NCBI GenBank assembly: GCA_963695555.1
Contig: CAVOGR010000001.1
Coordinates: 384,001 to 448,000 of the forward strand
From: an uncultured Gemmatimonadales bacterium
GTDB taxonomy: Bacteria > Gemmatimonadota > Gemmatimonadetes > Gemmatimonadales > GWC2-71-9
Direction: 5' to 3'
Length of the DNA: 64,000 nt
The notes below the pieces were generated by a model. It had not been told where the DNA came from. It saw nothing but the letters and a program-made list of their open reading frames with translations, and ran no database searches. A program made the translations under genes and the position numbers. Of the stretch, positions 27,974 to 41,063 are shown piece by piece (the stretch's first letter is position 1; the number at the start of each line of letters is the position of its first letter).

Positions 27974-29742
27974 AGTTCTCCCACCTCGCGTTCGTACGCC
28001 GCGAAGATCTCTTCGCGGCCGATCACCCCGCGCAAATGATAGGGCCCGATCCGGTCGACCACCGGCAGCAATTGCGCGCCGCGCGCGCCCAGCCGTCGCA
28101 GTGCGGTGAGGAGATCGTCGTCGATCGTCACGCCTTCGCTGAACGGATGTGCCAGCTCGCGGATCGGGGTCGAGCCTGGAATGGTGCGGTCCGACAGGGC
28201 CCGCTTCAGGTCCTGGGACGTGAAAATCCCGACCACCCTGTTCTCGCGGTCCACCACGGGGAATTCGAGCTGTCGGCTCTGCCGCATCATGGGGATCGTC
28301 TTCTCGAGCGTTGCGTCGGCATAGATGATGGCCGGATCGGTCTTGTAGGCATCCGCCACCGTAAGCCGGCGTAACGCACCCTCGTCGGTGCCGTGACTGA
28401 ACCGTTCGCCACGCCGTGCGAGCCATTCGGTATAGATCGACTCGTGGTGGAGCGCCCGCGCTACCACGTAGGACAACGTGCCCCCGAGCATGAGGGGGAG
28501 AATCAGCCCGTAGTCGTTGGTCATCTCCATGACCATGAAGATGGCGGTGAGGGGCGCATGGGTTGCGCCGCTCACCACGGCGGTCATGCCCACCAGGCCG
28601 AACGCGATCGGCGGAATGCCGATGGCGGGAACGAGCTGCTGGAGCGCGATACCGACCGCCGCGCCAAACGTCCCGCCGATGACCAGGGCCGGTGTGAACA
28701 CGCCGCCGACTCCGCCACCAGCCAGGGTCAATCCGGTGGCGATGATCTTGGCGAAGGCCAAAACGAACAGCAGGGTCGCGGTCTGGCCCAAGGCCAGGCC
28801 GAGGTCGAGGGTCTGGTGGCCGCGGCCCCAGAGCGCGGGCTCGAATTGGCTCGACACGGTTCCGATGATCACCGCGGCCAGAACCAGCCGGGCCCATCGC
28901 GGCACCCGTTCCATCCAGTCGTGAATCCGCCACACCCCGCGGGCGTAGATCGTGGCCACGACGCCGCCCAGGATGCCGAGCAGGGCGTAGAGAAAGAGGT
29001 CGCGGGTCGGGCCGATGGAATATTCCCTGGGAATGCTGATGACCAGGTCTTCGCCGAGCCCGATGCGCGTTACCGCGGCCGCGGCCACGCTGGCTACCAC
29101 GAGCGGGGCCAGCGCCATGGTCCTGAACCCGCCGACCATTTCCTCGAGCGCAAAGAAGACGCCGGCAATCGGCGCGCCGAAGGCGCCCGAAATGCCCGCC
29201 GCCGCCCCGCAGCTGACCAGGAGCTTGAGCCGGTTGGGCCGGAACCTGAAGTAGCGCCCGATCCGGCTGCCCAGGGCGGAGCCGAGCACGGCGACCGGGC
29301 CCTCGGCACCGACCGATCCGCCGCTTCCCAGCGTGATCGCTGCGCCAACGGTCTTGATCACCACCGGTAGGGAGTGCACCACTCCGCCGCGGCGGGCCAC
29401 GGCGTGGATCACGTCGGGGATATTCTCGCCGGGTGAATCGCGGGTCCCGTAGCGGACCAGGAGGCGCACCAGCCAGAGACCGAACGCGAGGGTTGCGATG
29501 GCGCCCAGCGCAACCGGGACGCCCAGGAAACGCGGCACCTGTGCCACGCCCTGGGCCGCGAGATCAATGGTACGGTAAAAGATGAGGGTGCTGAAGCCGA
29601 CCGCGGTGCCGACCATCGCGGCGATGCCCAGCACAATGGGGCCCTCGCCGATTCCCGCCCGCAGCATCAACTGGATGACCCGGTCGCCCAGCGCACTGGT
29701 CTGGACGGCGAGGTACCGGGGGATGGGAGAGAACTCTTTCAT
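27970..29742 (-). CDS. ClC chloride channel/antiporter with CBS pair
   Basis: GENIP, GSVGAEGP and GGVFTP motifs; C-terminal CBS domains. Confidence 0.92.
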   Translation of the reverse strand: MKEFSPIPRYLAVQTSALGDRVIQLMLRAGIGEGPIVLGIAAMVGTAVGFSTLIFYRTIDLAAQGVAQVPRFLGVPVALGAIATLAFGLWLVRLLVRYGTRDSPGENIPDVIHAVARRGGVVHSLPVVIKTVGAAITLGSGGSVGAEGPVAVLGSALGSRIGRYFRFRPNRLKLLVSCGAAAGISGAFGAPIAGVFFALEEMVGGFRTMALAPLVVASVAAAAVTRIGLGEDLVISIPREYSIGPTRDLFLYALLGILGGVVATIYARGVWRIHDWMERVPRWARLVLAAVIIGTVSSQFEPALWGRGHQTLDLGLALGQTATLLFVLAFAKIIATGLTLAGGGVGGVFTPALVIGGTFGAAVGIALQQLVPAIGIPPIAFGLVGMTAVVSGATHAPLTAIFMVMEMTNDYGLILPLMLGGTLSYVVARALHHESIYTEWLARRGERFSHGTDEGALRRLTVADAYKTDPAIIYADATLEKTIPMMRQSRQLEFPVVDRENRVVGIFTSQDLKRALSDRTIPGSTPIRELAHPFSEGVTIDDDLLTALRRLGARGAQLLPVVDRIGPYHLRGVIGREEIFAAYEREVGEL

Positions 29743-29809
29743 TGGCAAGAAGATAACCGAGCCGGGCGCTACGGCAGGTCACCGCTCGTGGGTTGCTCGG
29801 CCAATCGCA

Positions 29810-29827
29810 TTGTGATAATTTTCACAA
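29810..29827. promoter_or_regulatory. Palindromic operator TTGTGA-N6-TCACAA (Rex- or CRP/FNR-family-like) upstream of atpA
   Basis: ATTGTGATAATTTTCACAAT palindrome overlapping a likely -10 region. Confidence 0.6.
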
Positions 29828-29866
29828 TCTAACCCTGAAACGCATACACCCTAGCTTCCAGAGCCT

Positions 29867-31442
<1,576 letters not shown>

Positions 31443-31450
<8 letters not shown>

Positions 31451-32321
31451 AGCCCGGCAGCTGAAGGGGCGGATCCGCTCCGTCCAGAACACGCGGAAGA
31501 TCACCCGGACGATGGAACTGGTGGCCACGTCCAAGCTCCGGCGCGCTCAGAGTCGCGTGGTCGCCGCGCGGCCGTACGCCGAGTCCCTAACCCAGGCCAT
31601 CGCCGACCTCGTGACCCCCGAGCTGGAGGAGCGCTTCCCGCTCCTGCGCCGGCCGCCCCCGCCGGATAAGGGTGGTCCGACCCGGGCTGCCGTCATTCTG
31701 CTGACCTCCAACCGGGGCCTGGCAGGCGGCTTCAATGCCAATCTGATCAGGGAAGCCCAGGCTCGGATGGAGGCGCTCGAACGGGTCCACTATACCGTCG
31801 ATCTTCACGCCATCGGCAAGAAGGGCATCGGCTATTTCAAGTACATCGGGCGGCCGCTGGCTTCCGCACGAATTGATATCGGGGACAAGCCGACGTCGGC
31901 CCACGCGGCCGAGGTGGCGGAGGGGCTGATCCGGGCGTACGCCGACGGCCAGCTTGCCCGCGTCGATTTGGTGTACGCTCACTTCGCGAGCGCTATTTCC
32001 ACGCCACCCGCCACGCTCCGCGTGCTGCCGGTGGAGCCGCCGGCAGCCCGAGCCCGCCACCCCAACTACCTGTTGAAGCCGGGGCCCGATGAGCTCCTGA
32101 GCGAGCTGTTGCCGCTCTATGTGCGGAATGTCATTTTCCGCGGCTTGGTGGAGACCGCCGCGTCGGAGCAAGGCGCTCGCCGCACGGCCATGAAGAACGC
32201 AACAGACAATGCCGGCGAGATTCTCGACGTGCTCCGGCGCACGTTCAACCGGCAACGACAAGCGCAAATCACCCAGGAAATTGCGGAGATCGTCGGCGGC
32301 GCCGCGGCGCTCGAGCAATAA
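31443..32321 (+). CDS. atpG: F1 ATP synthase gamma subunit
   Basis: [10 protein letters not shown] and [15 protein letters not shown] motifs. Confidence 0.97.
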
Positions 32322-33781
<1,460 letters not shown>

Positions 33782-33782
<1 letters not shown>

Positions 33783-34039
33783 TGCACGTCACCGTCATCT
33801 CGCCTGAGGCGTCGAAGTATGATGGACCGGCGGACGCGGTCGTCGCGCCGGCCTATGACGGGCGGGTGGGAATTCTGCCGCGGCACGCACCATTCATGAC
33901 TCTGCTGGGCACGGGACTCCTGGTCGTCCGGCAGGCCGGCACGGAGCATCGGTTTACCGTGCACGGCGGCTTTCTCCAGGTGGTCGACGACACGGTGCGC
34001 GTGGTGACGGAGCAGCTCGAAGAGGTGCTCGATGGGTAA
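33782..34039 (+). CDS. atpC: F1 ATP synthase epsilon subunit (short form)
   Basis: G.VGILPRHAP and GGFLQV motifs. Follows atpD. Confidence 0.92.
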
Positions 34040-34628
34040 GCTCCTTCTTGCCGCAGTCCTGGTGGTTGGCCTGGCCGGCACCCGCCCCGCCTGGGGTCAG
34101 TCCACCGGCACGCCGGCCTTTCTGGCGCCGTACCGGGCCGCCCGGACCAACGAACTTGGCGCGACCCTGTCCGATCCGGGCGAGGGTGTCGCCATCGAAG
34201 GCTTTTATCGGTTTGGCCGCCAGCCTCACGACTTCGGCTTCCGCGCCGGCATTCTCGATACCGATGGCACAACTGCCGGTCTCTTCGGCGTGGATTACCG
34301 AGTGCGGGTCTTGACGCACGGCGAAGACATGCCGCTAGACGGTGCCCTGGTGCTGGGCGTTGGCGCGGCCCTGTCCGATCAAGCTTCTATTGGATACATC
34401 CCGATTGGACTCAGTCTCGGCCGGCGGATCGACCTCGAGGAATCCGCCGTGAGTTTCGTCCCATATTTCGAGCCCCTGCTCACGCCGACGTTCGGTGACA
34501 GGGAAGATGTCCTGTTCTCGGTGGGGTTGGGGGTCGACATCAGGGTCAGCCAACATCTGGACTTGCGCGTCGGCGGGGCCCTCGGCGACTACGACGGGAT
34601 CTCTGTGAGCCTGGCCTGGCTCCAGTGA
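34032..34628 (+). CDS. Putative small outer-membrane beta-barrel protein
   Basis: Signal peptide, alternating beta-strands, aromatic C-terminus. Confidence 0.65.
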   Translation: MGKLLLAAVLVVGLAGTRPAWGQSTGTPAFLAPYRAARTNELGATLSDPGEGVAIEGFYRFGRQPHDFGFRAGILDTDGTTAGLFGVDYRVRVLTHGEDMPLDGALVLGVGAALSDQASIGYIPIGLSLGRRIDLEESAVSFVPYFEPLLTPTFGDREDVLFSVGLGVDIRVSQHLDLRVGGALGDYDGISVSLAWLQ

Positions 34629-34675
34629 TTTCCCAGCACCACCCACGGTCACCTACGGTTGAGGAGTACGTTTTC

Positions 34676-35332
34676 ATGAAGCGGACACGCATTGCAGCGG
34701 TTGTGATCGGCGCCCTCCTGCTGGGTTCGGGAACCGTCCACGCGCAGGTGTACGGTCTGCCGGTGTTCAACAGCGGGGTAAGCACCGGCCTCGGCATCAT
34801 GGGCGACGTCGGCTTTCCCAACGACGACTCCAATCTCAAGACCACATACGGGGCCACCGCGACCCTCGGAATCGGCCTGCTGGGGTTCTCAGCCAGCGTG
34901 GCCCGGTCCGGCATCGAGAGCTCCGACCGCGACTTCACCTCGGTCGGCGGCACGGCCAATTTCAAGGTGCTCGGCGGGCCGCTCATTCCCCTTGCCGCAA
35001 CGCTCCAGGCCGGCGTGGCCTTCGCCGAAGTTGCCGACGGGGTCAACAATTTGCGGGTGCCCATCGGACTTGGACTCACGCTCACCATCCCCAGCGTCGC
35101 GGTGGCCATCAAACCATGGCTCGCCCCCCGACTCGAGATTTCCCGGGTATACGGCGACAACGTGCTGGAGGACGACACCGATACCCGGTTCGGATTGAGC
35201 GGCGGCATCGACTTCAATCTGATCAATGGCTTGGGCTTCCGGGCTGCGGCCGACTACGTGAACGTCGATGGTGGCGCACCCACCGTCTTCAGCGTCGGCG
35301 CCGGCTACAATTTCCGGCTTCCCGGTCTCTGA
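34676..35332 (+). CDS. Putative outer-membrane beta-barrel protein
   Basis: GAGGAG RBS, signal peptide AHA/Q-like, C-terminal strand FSVGAGYNF. Confidence 0.7.
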   Translation: MKRTRIAAVVIGALLLGSGTVHAQVYGLPVFNSGVSTGLGIMGDVGFPNDDSNLKTTYGATATLGIGLLGFSASVARSGIESSDRDFTSVGGTANFKVLGGPLIPLAATLQAGVAFAEVADGVNNLRVPIGLGLTLTIPSVAVAIKPWLAPRLEISRVYGDNVLEDDTDTRFGLSGGIDFNLINGLGFRAAADYVNVDGGAPTVFSVGAGYNFRLPGL

Positions 35333-35378
35333 CGGGAAGGGCATCGCGCCGCGCCGCGGATCGATTATCATTGACGCC

Positions 35379-35771
35379 ATGATTAGCGATTCCCAGGCCC
35401 CCTCCTGGCGCCGCGCGAAGCGCGCCCTTGCCGCTCTCGTCCTTGCGATGTCGCTGAGCGGTTGTGCCGTCCATTTCGACGCATCCCAGCTCGGCGTCCC
35501 CGTCACCATGGCGTCACCCGCCGGCCAACCGGCTACCGGCGAAGCGTTCCGCGTGACATCGCGCGCCACGTTCGGGTTCTTCGGATTGGTCAGCTTGTCA
35601 CAGCCCTCGATCGAGAGAGCCTTGGCCGCCCAGTTGCTGGACGGGCAGGGCGTTGCGGACTTGAAGATCAAAGTGCGAAGCCGCTGGAGCGATATTCTGA
35701 TATCCGCCATCACACTCGGCCTGATCGTCCCGCGTGCCGTGACCTATGAAGGGGTCATCGTTCCGCGCTGA
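35379..35771 (+). CDS. Small lipoprotein (Bor/TRL-like)
   Basis: LSGC lipobox; ITLGLIVPR.V..EG C-terminus. Confidence 0.6.
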   Translation: MISDSQAPSWRRAKRALAALVLAMSLSGCAVHFDASQLGVPVTMASPAGQPATGEAFRVTSRATFGFFGLVSLSQPSIERALAAQLLDGQGVADLKIKVRSRWSDILISAITLGLIVPRAVTYEGVIVPR

Positions 35772-37098
35772 GCGGCAAGCGGTCCCTCGCTAAGCCGGAC
35801 CCCGTCATGGCGCGATCGATGAGATCCACCGTCCGCTCGGCCGCGCCGAGCTCCCGATCGATCACCTGCCGGGCAAGCTGGCCCTCGGCATCCCTCGCCG
35901 CGGCGTCAGTGAGCCACTCCGCCCAAATCGTCGCCAGTTGATCGGCTGCACGAGTCGGAACCTCCGACGCGACCGGGTGCCCCGCGCCCGCCCGCTCCAG
36001 CAGCCGGGCATCCCGGCTCTCCCGCCACCTCGGCCCGAAGGCAACCGGTAGCCCCCAGGCCGCCGGCTCGAGGACGGAATGGAGGCCGGCGCGCCGGAAG
36101 CCGCCACCCACGTATGCCATGCTTCCAGCTCCGTAGAGTGTGGCCAGGATTCCGACCCGGTCGACGACGATCAACTCGTCAGGCGACCCTTCGAGCGAGC
36201 TCAATCGGACCGGGGGAGCGAGACCGAGTCGTACTGCGCGGGAGTCGAGGTGTCGGAGGTGCCCGTCGGTCGGCTCGTGCGGGACAAGGATCAGTCGGAC
36301 CCCTCGATGTTCCCGCCGAATGCGCCGAAAGGCGGACAGAAGGACGTGCTCGTCGCTTCCCCACGTCGACCCGGCGACCATGGTTGGAGCGCCGTCGCCC
36401 ATCCTGAGCAGCGGCTCGTCCGGAGGAACTGCGCGCACCTTCCGGTCCACGCTGTCCATGCGCGGATCGCCCGTCGGGTGGATCGCTCGACGCGGAACCC
36501 CAAGGCGGACCAGGCGCTCACCGTCCTCAGCGGCGATAACGCCCGCGGCCTCGACGACCGCGTACCCAGGCTGGAGCAGCCCGCGTGCCGGCCAGCGAAG
36601 GCGGCCGCTGCCGGGGCGAACCGTACCCGCGGCCAACAACACCTTGATTCCACGGGCAGCAGCCCGGGTTGCGAGTTCAGGCCAGAGATCGAGTTTGGTG
36701 AATACGAGGGCACTCGGAGACAACGCGGCGATCACGCGTTCGACGTCTGCAGGTACATCATACGGAAGATAGTCGCGCACGTCGACGGGAAGACGCGTTG
36801 CCCATGGCGCGGCGGAGGGACTGAAATAGGTATAGGCAACCTGCCACTCCGGATGGCGCTCGGAGAACGCGGTGATCACGCTCTCGGCTTGCAGGCCCTC
36901 ACCGACCGACGGGGCGTGAAACCAAACCAGGGGCCGGCCCGTCTCTCTGTTCTGTCGAGCCCAACCCTCCAGCCGCGCGACGAGGCCGGTCCGGTCCTCG
37001 TGTCCGCGGCGGAGCTTGGGAACGAAGAGCCCAGCGGCGGGAACGAGGCGCGATGCCACGTAGGCGCCCGCGCGATACCATGGTGACGTGTGCGGCAT
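35755..37098 (-). CDS. waaA: Kdo transferase
   Basis: WFHAPSVGE, YLPYD, GDPR.D, AGSTW and AYVGGGF...HSVLEPAA motifs. Confidence 0.88.
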   Translation of the reverse strand: MPHTSPWYRAGAYVASRLVPAAGLFVPKLRRGHEDRTGLVARLEGWARQNRETGRPLVWFHAPSVGEGLQAESVITAFSERHPEWQVAYTYFSPSAAPWATRLPVDVRDYLPYDVPADVERVIAALSPSALVFTKLDLWPELATRAAARGIKVLLAAGTVRPGSGRLRWPARGLLQPGYAVVEAAGVIAAEDGERLVRLGVPRRAIHPTGDPRMDSVDRKVRAVPPDEPLLRMGDGAPTMVAGSTWGSDEHVLLSAFRRIRREHRGVRLILVPHEPTDGHLRHLDSRAVRLGLAPPVRLSSLEGSPDELIVVDRVGILATLYGAGSMAYVGGGFRRAGLHSVLEPAAWGLPVAFGPRWRESRDARLLERAGAGHPVASEVPTRAADQLATIWAEWLTDAAARDAEGQLARQVIDRELGAAERTVDLIDRAMTGSGLARDRLPLSAER

Positions 37099-37181
37099 GA
37101 ACGGGAAATGTGGCCGGTGGTCCGGAACGGCGTCAATGGCGCCGGAATATTTGTGAGAGGAACTCAGACGCCGATGACAAC

Positions 37182-37913
37182 ATGAAGGCAACCGCCACGT
37201 CGTACTGGAAGCTCACGCGAGCGCCGCGCTATAGCCTCACGTTTGCCTTGCCGCTCCTCCTCGCGTACGAGGCGTTGGCGGTTCTGCTTTCCGGCGACGG
37301 CCTCACCGGGGTCCGCAACGGGGCGGACGTCCTGCTCAAGAGCCTCTTTGTCACCTTCGGTGGCCGCGGCGGGTTGATCACCTTCGGTGTCGTGCTGGTA
37401 GGTGCTGGCGCTGTTCTGGTGTGGCGGGATATTCGGAAGTCCGGGTGGCCGAAGGGCACGGTGCTGCTCGGCATGACGGGCGAGTCGGTTGGCTACGCCC
37501 TGGCCTTCGGGAGCGTCGCCGCCGTGCTTACCGGGCTCCTGCTCAGCGGCATTCCGGGGCTTTCACTGGTGCAATTTTCGCGATTCGATCTCCCCACCCA
37601 GCTGATGATCTCCCTCGGTGCCGGGCTCTATGAGGAGCTGCTCTTCCGGGTCATCCTGGTGTCGGGGCTGGCGGTGTTCGGCCGCGTTGTCGTGGGGTGG
37701 TCGTCCCGCGGGGCGGCGGTGTTCGCCGTCCTGGTCGGAGCCCTGGTCTTTTCCTGGTTTCACTACATCGGGCCGTACGGCGACCCGTTCGCTCTCGGCT
37801 CCTTTACCTTCCGTGCCATAGCCGGGGTACTCTTTAGCGGGCTCTACCTCCTGCGAGGATTCGGCGTCACGGCCTGGACCCACGCCTTGTACGACGTGTT
37901 CCTCGCCCTCTGA
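37182..37913 (+). CDS. CPBP family intramembrane glutamic endopeptidase
   Basis: YEELLFR, FS.FHY and HALYD motifs. Confidence 0.85.
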   Translation: MKATATSYWKLTRAPRYSLTFALPLLLAYEALAVLLSGDGLTGVRNGADVLLKSLFVTFGGRGGLITFGVVLVGAGAVLVWRDIRKSGWPKGTVLLGMTGESVGYALAFGSVAAVLTGLLLSGIPGLSLVQFSRFDLPTQLMISLGAGLYEELLFRVILVSGLAVFGRVVVGWSSRGAAVFAVLVGALVFSWFHYIGPYGDPFALGSFTFRAIAGVLFSGLYLLRGFGVTAWTHALYDVFLAL

Positions 37914-37931
37914 GCGATCTCCCTTCGTTCG

Positions 37932-38597
37932 TTACTCGGGCTTGGTCTTGGCCGCGTAGACCGAGTCGAGAATCTGGCGGAAGGTCTCGACGGGATAGGC
38001 GCCGACCAGCAACCCGCCCTCGATATAGAAGGTCGGCGTGCTGTTCGCGCCCGAGCGGGCGGCTCCCATGGCATCGGCCTCCACAATCGGTCGGGAGGTC
38101 TTCCGTTGAACACACGAAGTGAGGGCGACCCGATCCGCGCCGACCGAATCCCCCAGCGCGAGCATGAACGCTCCAGGTTCCTTGAGCGGTGCCCAGGTCT
38201 CCTGGTACTTGAAGAGGAGGTCGTGCACCGGCCAGAATTTGCCTTGCCGGGCCGCGCACATCGCAACTTCTGCTGCCGGCGCCGCGTTCGGGTGCATCGG
38301 CAGGGGAAAATTCACAAAGACCCACCGGACCTTGCCCGTGTCGATGTATTCCCGCTCGAGTAGAGGGTATGTCTCCATTGCATGTCGCTTGCAGTACGGA
38401 CATTGAAAGTCCGACATCTCGTACACGGTAACAGGCGCCGTTGGGCTGCCCTTCGACCGCGAGGCCAGCGGGTCGTCCTGGCCAACGACCGCGGAGACCG
38501 GTCGGCGGGTGCTTTCCGCTTCCTCGGCGGGCCAGAGGAAGGCGGAAACAGCGAACACGGACAATGCGCCGACGAGCATGCTCTTCTTCACGTTCAT
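37932..38597 (-). CDS. DsbA family thioredoxin-fold protein
   Basis: DFQCPYC, FPLPMHPNA and STPTF motifs. Confidence 0.88.
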   Translation of the reverse strand: MNVKKSMLVGALSVFAVSAFLWPAEEAESTRRPVSAVVGQDDPLASRSKGSPTAPVTVYEMSDFQCPYCKRHAMETYPLLEREYIDTGKVRWVFVNFPLPMHPNAAPAAEVAMCAARQGKFWPVHDLLFKYQETWAPLKEPGAFMLALGDSVGADRVALTSCVQRKTSRPIVEADAMGAARSGANSTPTFYIEGGLLVGAYPVETFRQILDSVYAAKTKPE

Positions 38598-38632
38598 GGG
38601 TTCTGCCTTTGGGGGAAGGGGCGGTGAGCGGC

Positions 38633-39391
38633 TCAGTACTTGGGTCGCCGCTGCCCGCTGCGAGGATCGAGGACGATCGTGTCCTGCGTGACGGGAATGT
38701 TCCAATACCACTCGGCGTTGGGGTCGTGCGCGTCCCAGGACCGCACGTAGATCCACCAGCGCCCCGGCGTCAATCGCAAGGTGGCCCACCCACCGGCCTC
38801 GGTCGTATCGCTGGCAGGCTCACGCATCGAGGCGTTGGCCAGGTTCTGAACCAAGGTATCGTAGCCGCCGTAGATGCTATCTTCCCAGGCGCGGACGTCC
38901 GTTCTCAGGCTCTCGATCGGGCCGGAGAGCTCTCGCCGCGCCCGGGCCAACCGGTCGCTGGCGGCCTTGCTTGCGCGATCGGCCTCCGCAACCGAATCGG
39001 TGACCACAGTGAAGCGCCGATACAGGCTCTGGTATTCGGGAGCGGAGCGGGCGATCGTGTCGAGGGTGGCGCGAATGGCCGTCAGGGTGTCGTGAAACGC
39101 CTGGCCTCGCGCGGTGGCCACGGCGTACACCGCGAAGGGCTTCCGGTACTGGGCGAACAGGTCGTCCAGGGCGGCGGTATGCGGGCGCGGTTGACCGGCC
39201 CTGGCCTCCAGACTCGCGAGCACGCTGTCCCGGTTGTACGGCAGGGCCACGATGGGAAGGTCCACCGCTGGAGCCAGCGCGGAATCGGCACCGGGTATCA
39301 AGACTTGGACCGCCACGTCGCGCGGACCGCCACAGGCCGAACACACCAGAACGGCTGGGATGAGAAAGCTGCTCTTGAGTTGCACGATCAC
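38633..39391 (-). CDS. Hypothetical lipoprotein with coiled-coil middle
   Basis: SAC lipobox, LPYNRDS, helical centre, W-rich beta C-terminus. Confidence 0.7.
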   Translation of the reverse strand: MIVQLKSSFLIPAVLVCSACGGPRDVAVQVLIPGADSALAPAVDLPIVALPYNRDSVLASLEARAGQPRPHTAALDDLFAQYRKPFAVYAVATARGQAFHDTLTAIRATLDTIARSAPEYQSLYRRFTVVTDSVAEADRASKAASDRLARARRELSGPIESLRTDVRAWEDSIYGGYDTLVQNLANASMREPASDTTEAGGWATLRLTPGRWWIYVRSWDAHDPNAEWYWNIPVTQDTIVLDPRSGQRRPKY

Positions 39392-39406
39392 CCTTTGGGC
39401 TGCACA

Positions 39407-39927
39407 GTGAGAGCCACGTTGAGTCGCAGAAAGCTAATCGCCCTCAGCATTCTCCTCCAACTCGTGCCGCGTGCCTCGGCATTGGCGCAGCGTTCGGGGA
39501 TCGAGCAGTTGTTTCCGGCCGGGCCGACTGGCTACGTGACCGATGTGGCGGGGGTGCTGGATCCGGCCAGTACCCGTGACATCGAAGGCCGCATCGCAGC
39601 ATTGAAATCCACGACCGGCGCGGAGATCGCGGTCGTGACGCTTCCCACGATCGGGGACTACGCCGGTCGATGTCGCGGTCACCGTTGGGCGGGCCCGGGC
39701 GTGGGGGCCAAGGCGGTCATCGGCGGGCGTTACAGGATGAACTGGAAGGCACCGAGAATCGCATCGCCGTGGCTCGCACGGATTACAACGAATCCGTAGG
39801 GCAAGTGAACGCGTTCATTCGGACTTTTCCCTACAACCTCACCACCATGATCTCGAGGCAGCGCACCCCGCGGGAGTACTTCGAGGCCAGTCCGGGAGCT
39901 GCCGAAGCACCGCGGGTGGAGTTCTAA
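39407..39927 (+). pseudogene. Chimeric remnant: TPM-domain N-terminus joined to LemA C-terminus
   Basis: GYVTDVAGVL..EIAVVTLPTI (TPM), then LQDELEGTENRIAVARTDYNE..FP (LemA), with frameshifts. Confidence 0.75.
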
Positions 39928-39930
39928 CAC

Positions 39931-39960
39931 AAAGCCCCTCCCGATTGCTCGGAAGGGGCT
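39931..39960. terminator. Hairpin between convergent genes
   Basis: AGCCCCT-CCCGA-ttgc-TCGGA-AGGGGCT. Confidence 0.6.
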
Positions 39961-39984
39961 CCTCTCCAGCACGCTCCGGCTTGC

Positions 39985-40908
39985 CTAGTCGGTGACCATG
40001 TCCGGCAAGACATACTTGAGCGGGTTCACGGCCTGACCATTCACGTGCACCTCGTAATGGAGGTGCGGCGCAGTCGCGAGCCCAGATTTTCCAACCAGCG
40101 CGATCAAGTCTCCCCGGACGACCCGCTGCCCCTCGTGCACCAGCAGCTTGGATGCGTGGGCGAACCGGGTTTCCACGCCAAAGCCATGACTGATGATCAC
40201 GATCTTGCCGTACCCGGTCTTCTCGCCGGCATAGGTGACCACGCCGGCTGCTGGCGCCTCGATGGGCGTTCCGGTCGGCGCAGTGACGTCGATACCGACG
40301 TGGGGCCGCGCAACATTGAGAATCGGGTGCAGTCTACTGGACGAATAGTGACTCGTGAGCCAGCCCACGGTCGGCAGGATCGACGGGGTGGCTTCCAATC
40401 GCTTCTTGTGGGATCCGAGGCTGTCCACCGCGTCGGCGAAGGAGTTGGCCAACAAGTTCGCCCGGCGAATCAGACCGTCCAGATCGACCCGGACCAGGTC
40501 GGCTTGCCGACCCAGCACACCCATTTCGGCCGTTGGCGACGGCTCGGTTGCTCGGGGGCCGCCGATACCGGCCGCTTGGACTTGGGGATCGAGTGGATCG
40601 AGGTTGGCCAAGACGCGGATCTGATCGTCGCGCTCTGCGATCTGTTGCAGCGTGTCGGCCAGGTCGGTGAGCCGGCCATGTACCCGCCCGATTTCCGCGG
40701 CCAGGGCTTGATTCTCGGCCTCGAGCCGGTCGGCTCGGGCCAGGTCGAACGACCGGGTGACGGTCGCGAAGCCGAGGGCCAAGACCACCATCACGGCCGC
40801 CGCGACGAATGCGCCCGCGAGTTTGAGCGCCGACGTCGAGACCTCGAGATTCCTCGAAATGCCCGATCCGTGGGGAACGATTACGAATGTCCAACGCCGC
40901 TGGGCCAT
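39985..40908 (-). CDS. M23 family metallopeptidase
   Basis: HVGID and PHLHYEV motifs; N-terminal TM and coiled coil. Confidence 0.9.
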   Translation of the reverse strand: MAQRRWTFVIVPHGSGISRNLEVSTSALKLAGAFVAAAVMVVLALGFATVTRSFDLARADRLEAENQALAAEIGRVHGRLTDLADTLQQIAERDDQIRVLANLDPLDPQVQAAGIGGPRATEPSPTAEMGVLGRQADLVRVDLDGLIRRANLLANSFADAVDSLGSHKKRLEATPSILPTVGWLTSHYSSSRLHPILNVARPHVGIDVTAPTGTPIEAPAAGVVTYAGEKTGYGKIVIISHGFGVETRFAHASKLLVHEGQRVVRGDLIALVGKSGLATAPHLHYEVHVNGQAVNPLKYVLPDMVTD

Positions 40909-41063
40909 CAAGAGTCCGCCAGGCTAGATCTGCTTGGTTGAGTCTGCAGGTTCTGGGCCCAAGGTGGGCTCCGCCGGTCCTCGCTCGGGGTGGAGTATCA
41001 CCCGATGCAACTTGTGTGTCAAGGCGAGGCCCACCCCGTATAACTCTTGTACTGTCAAATACT

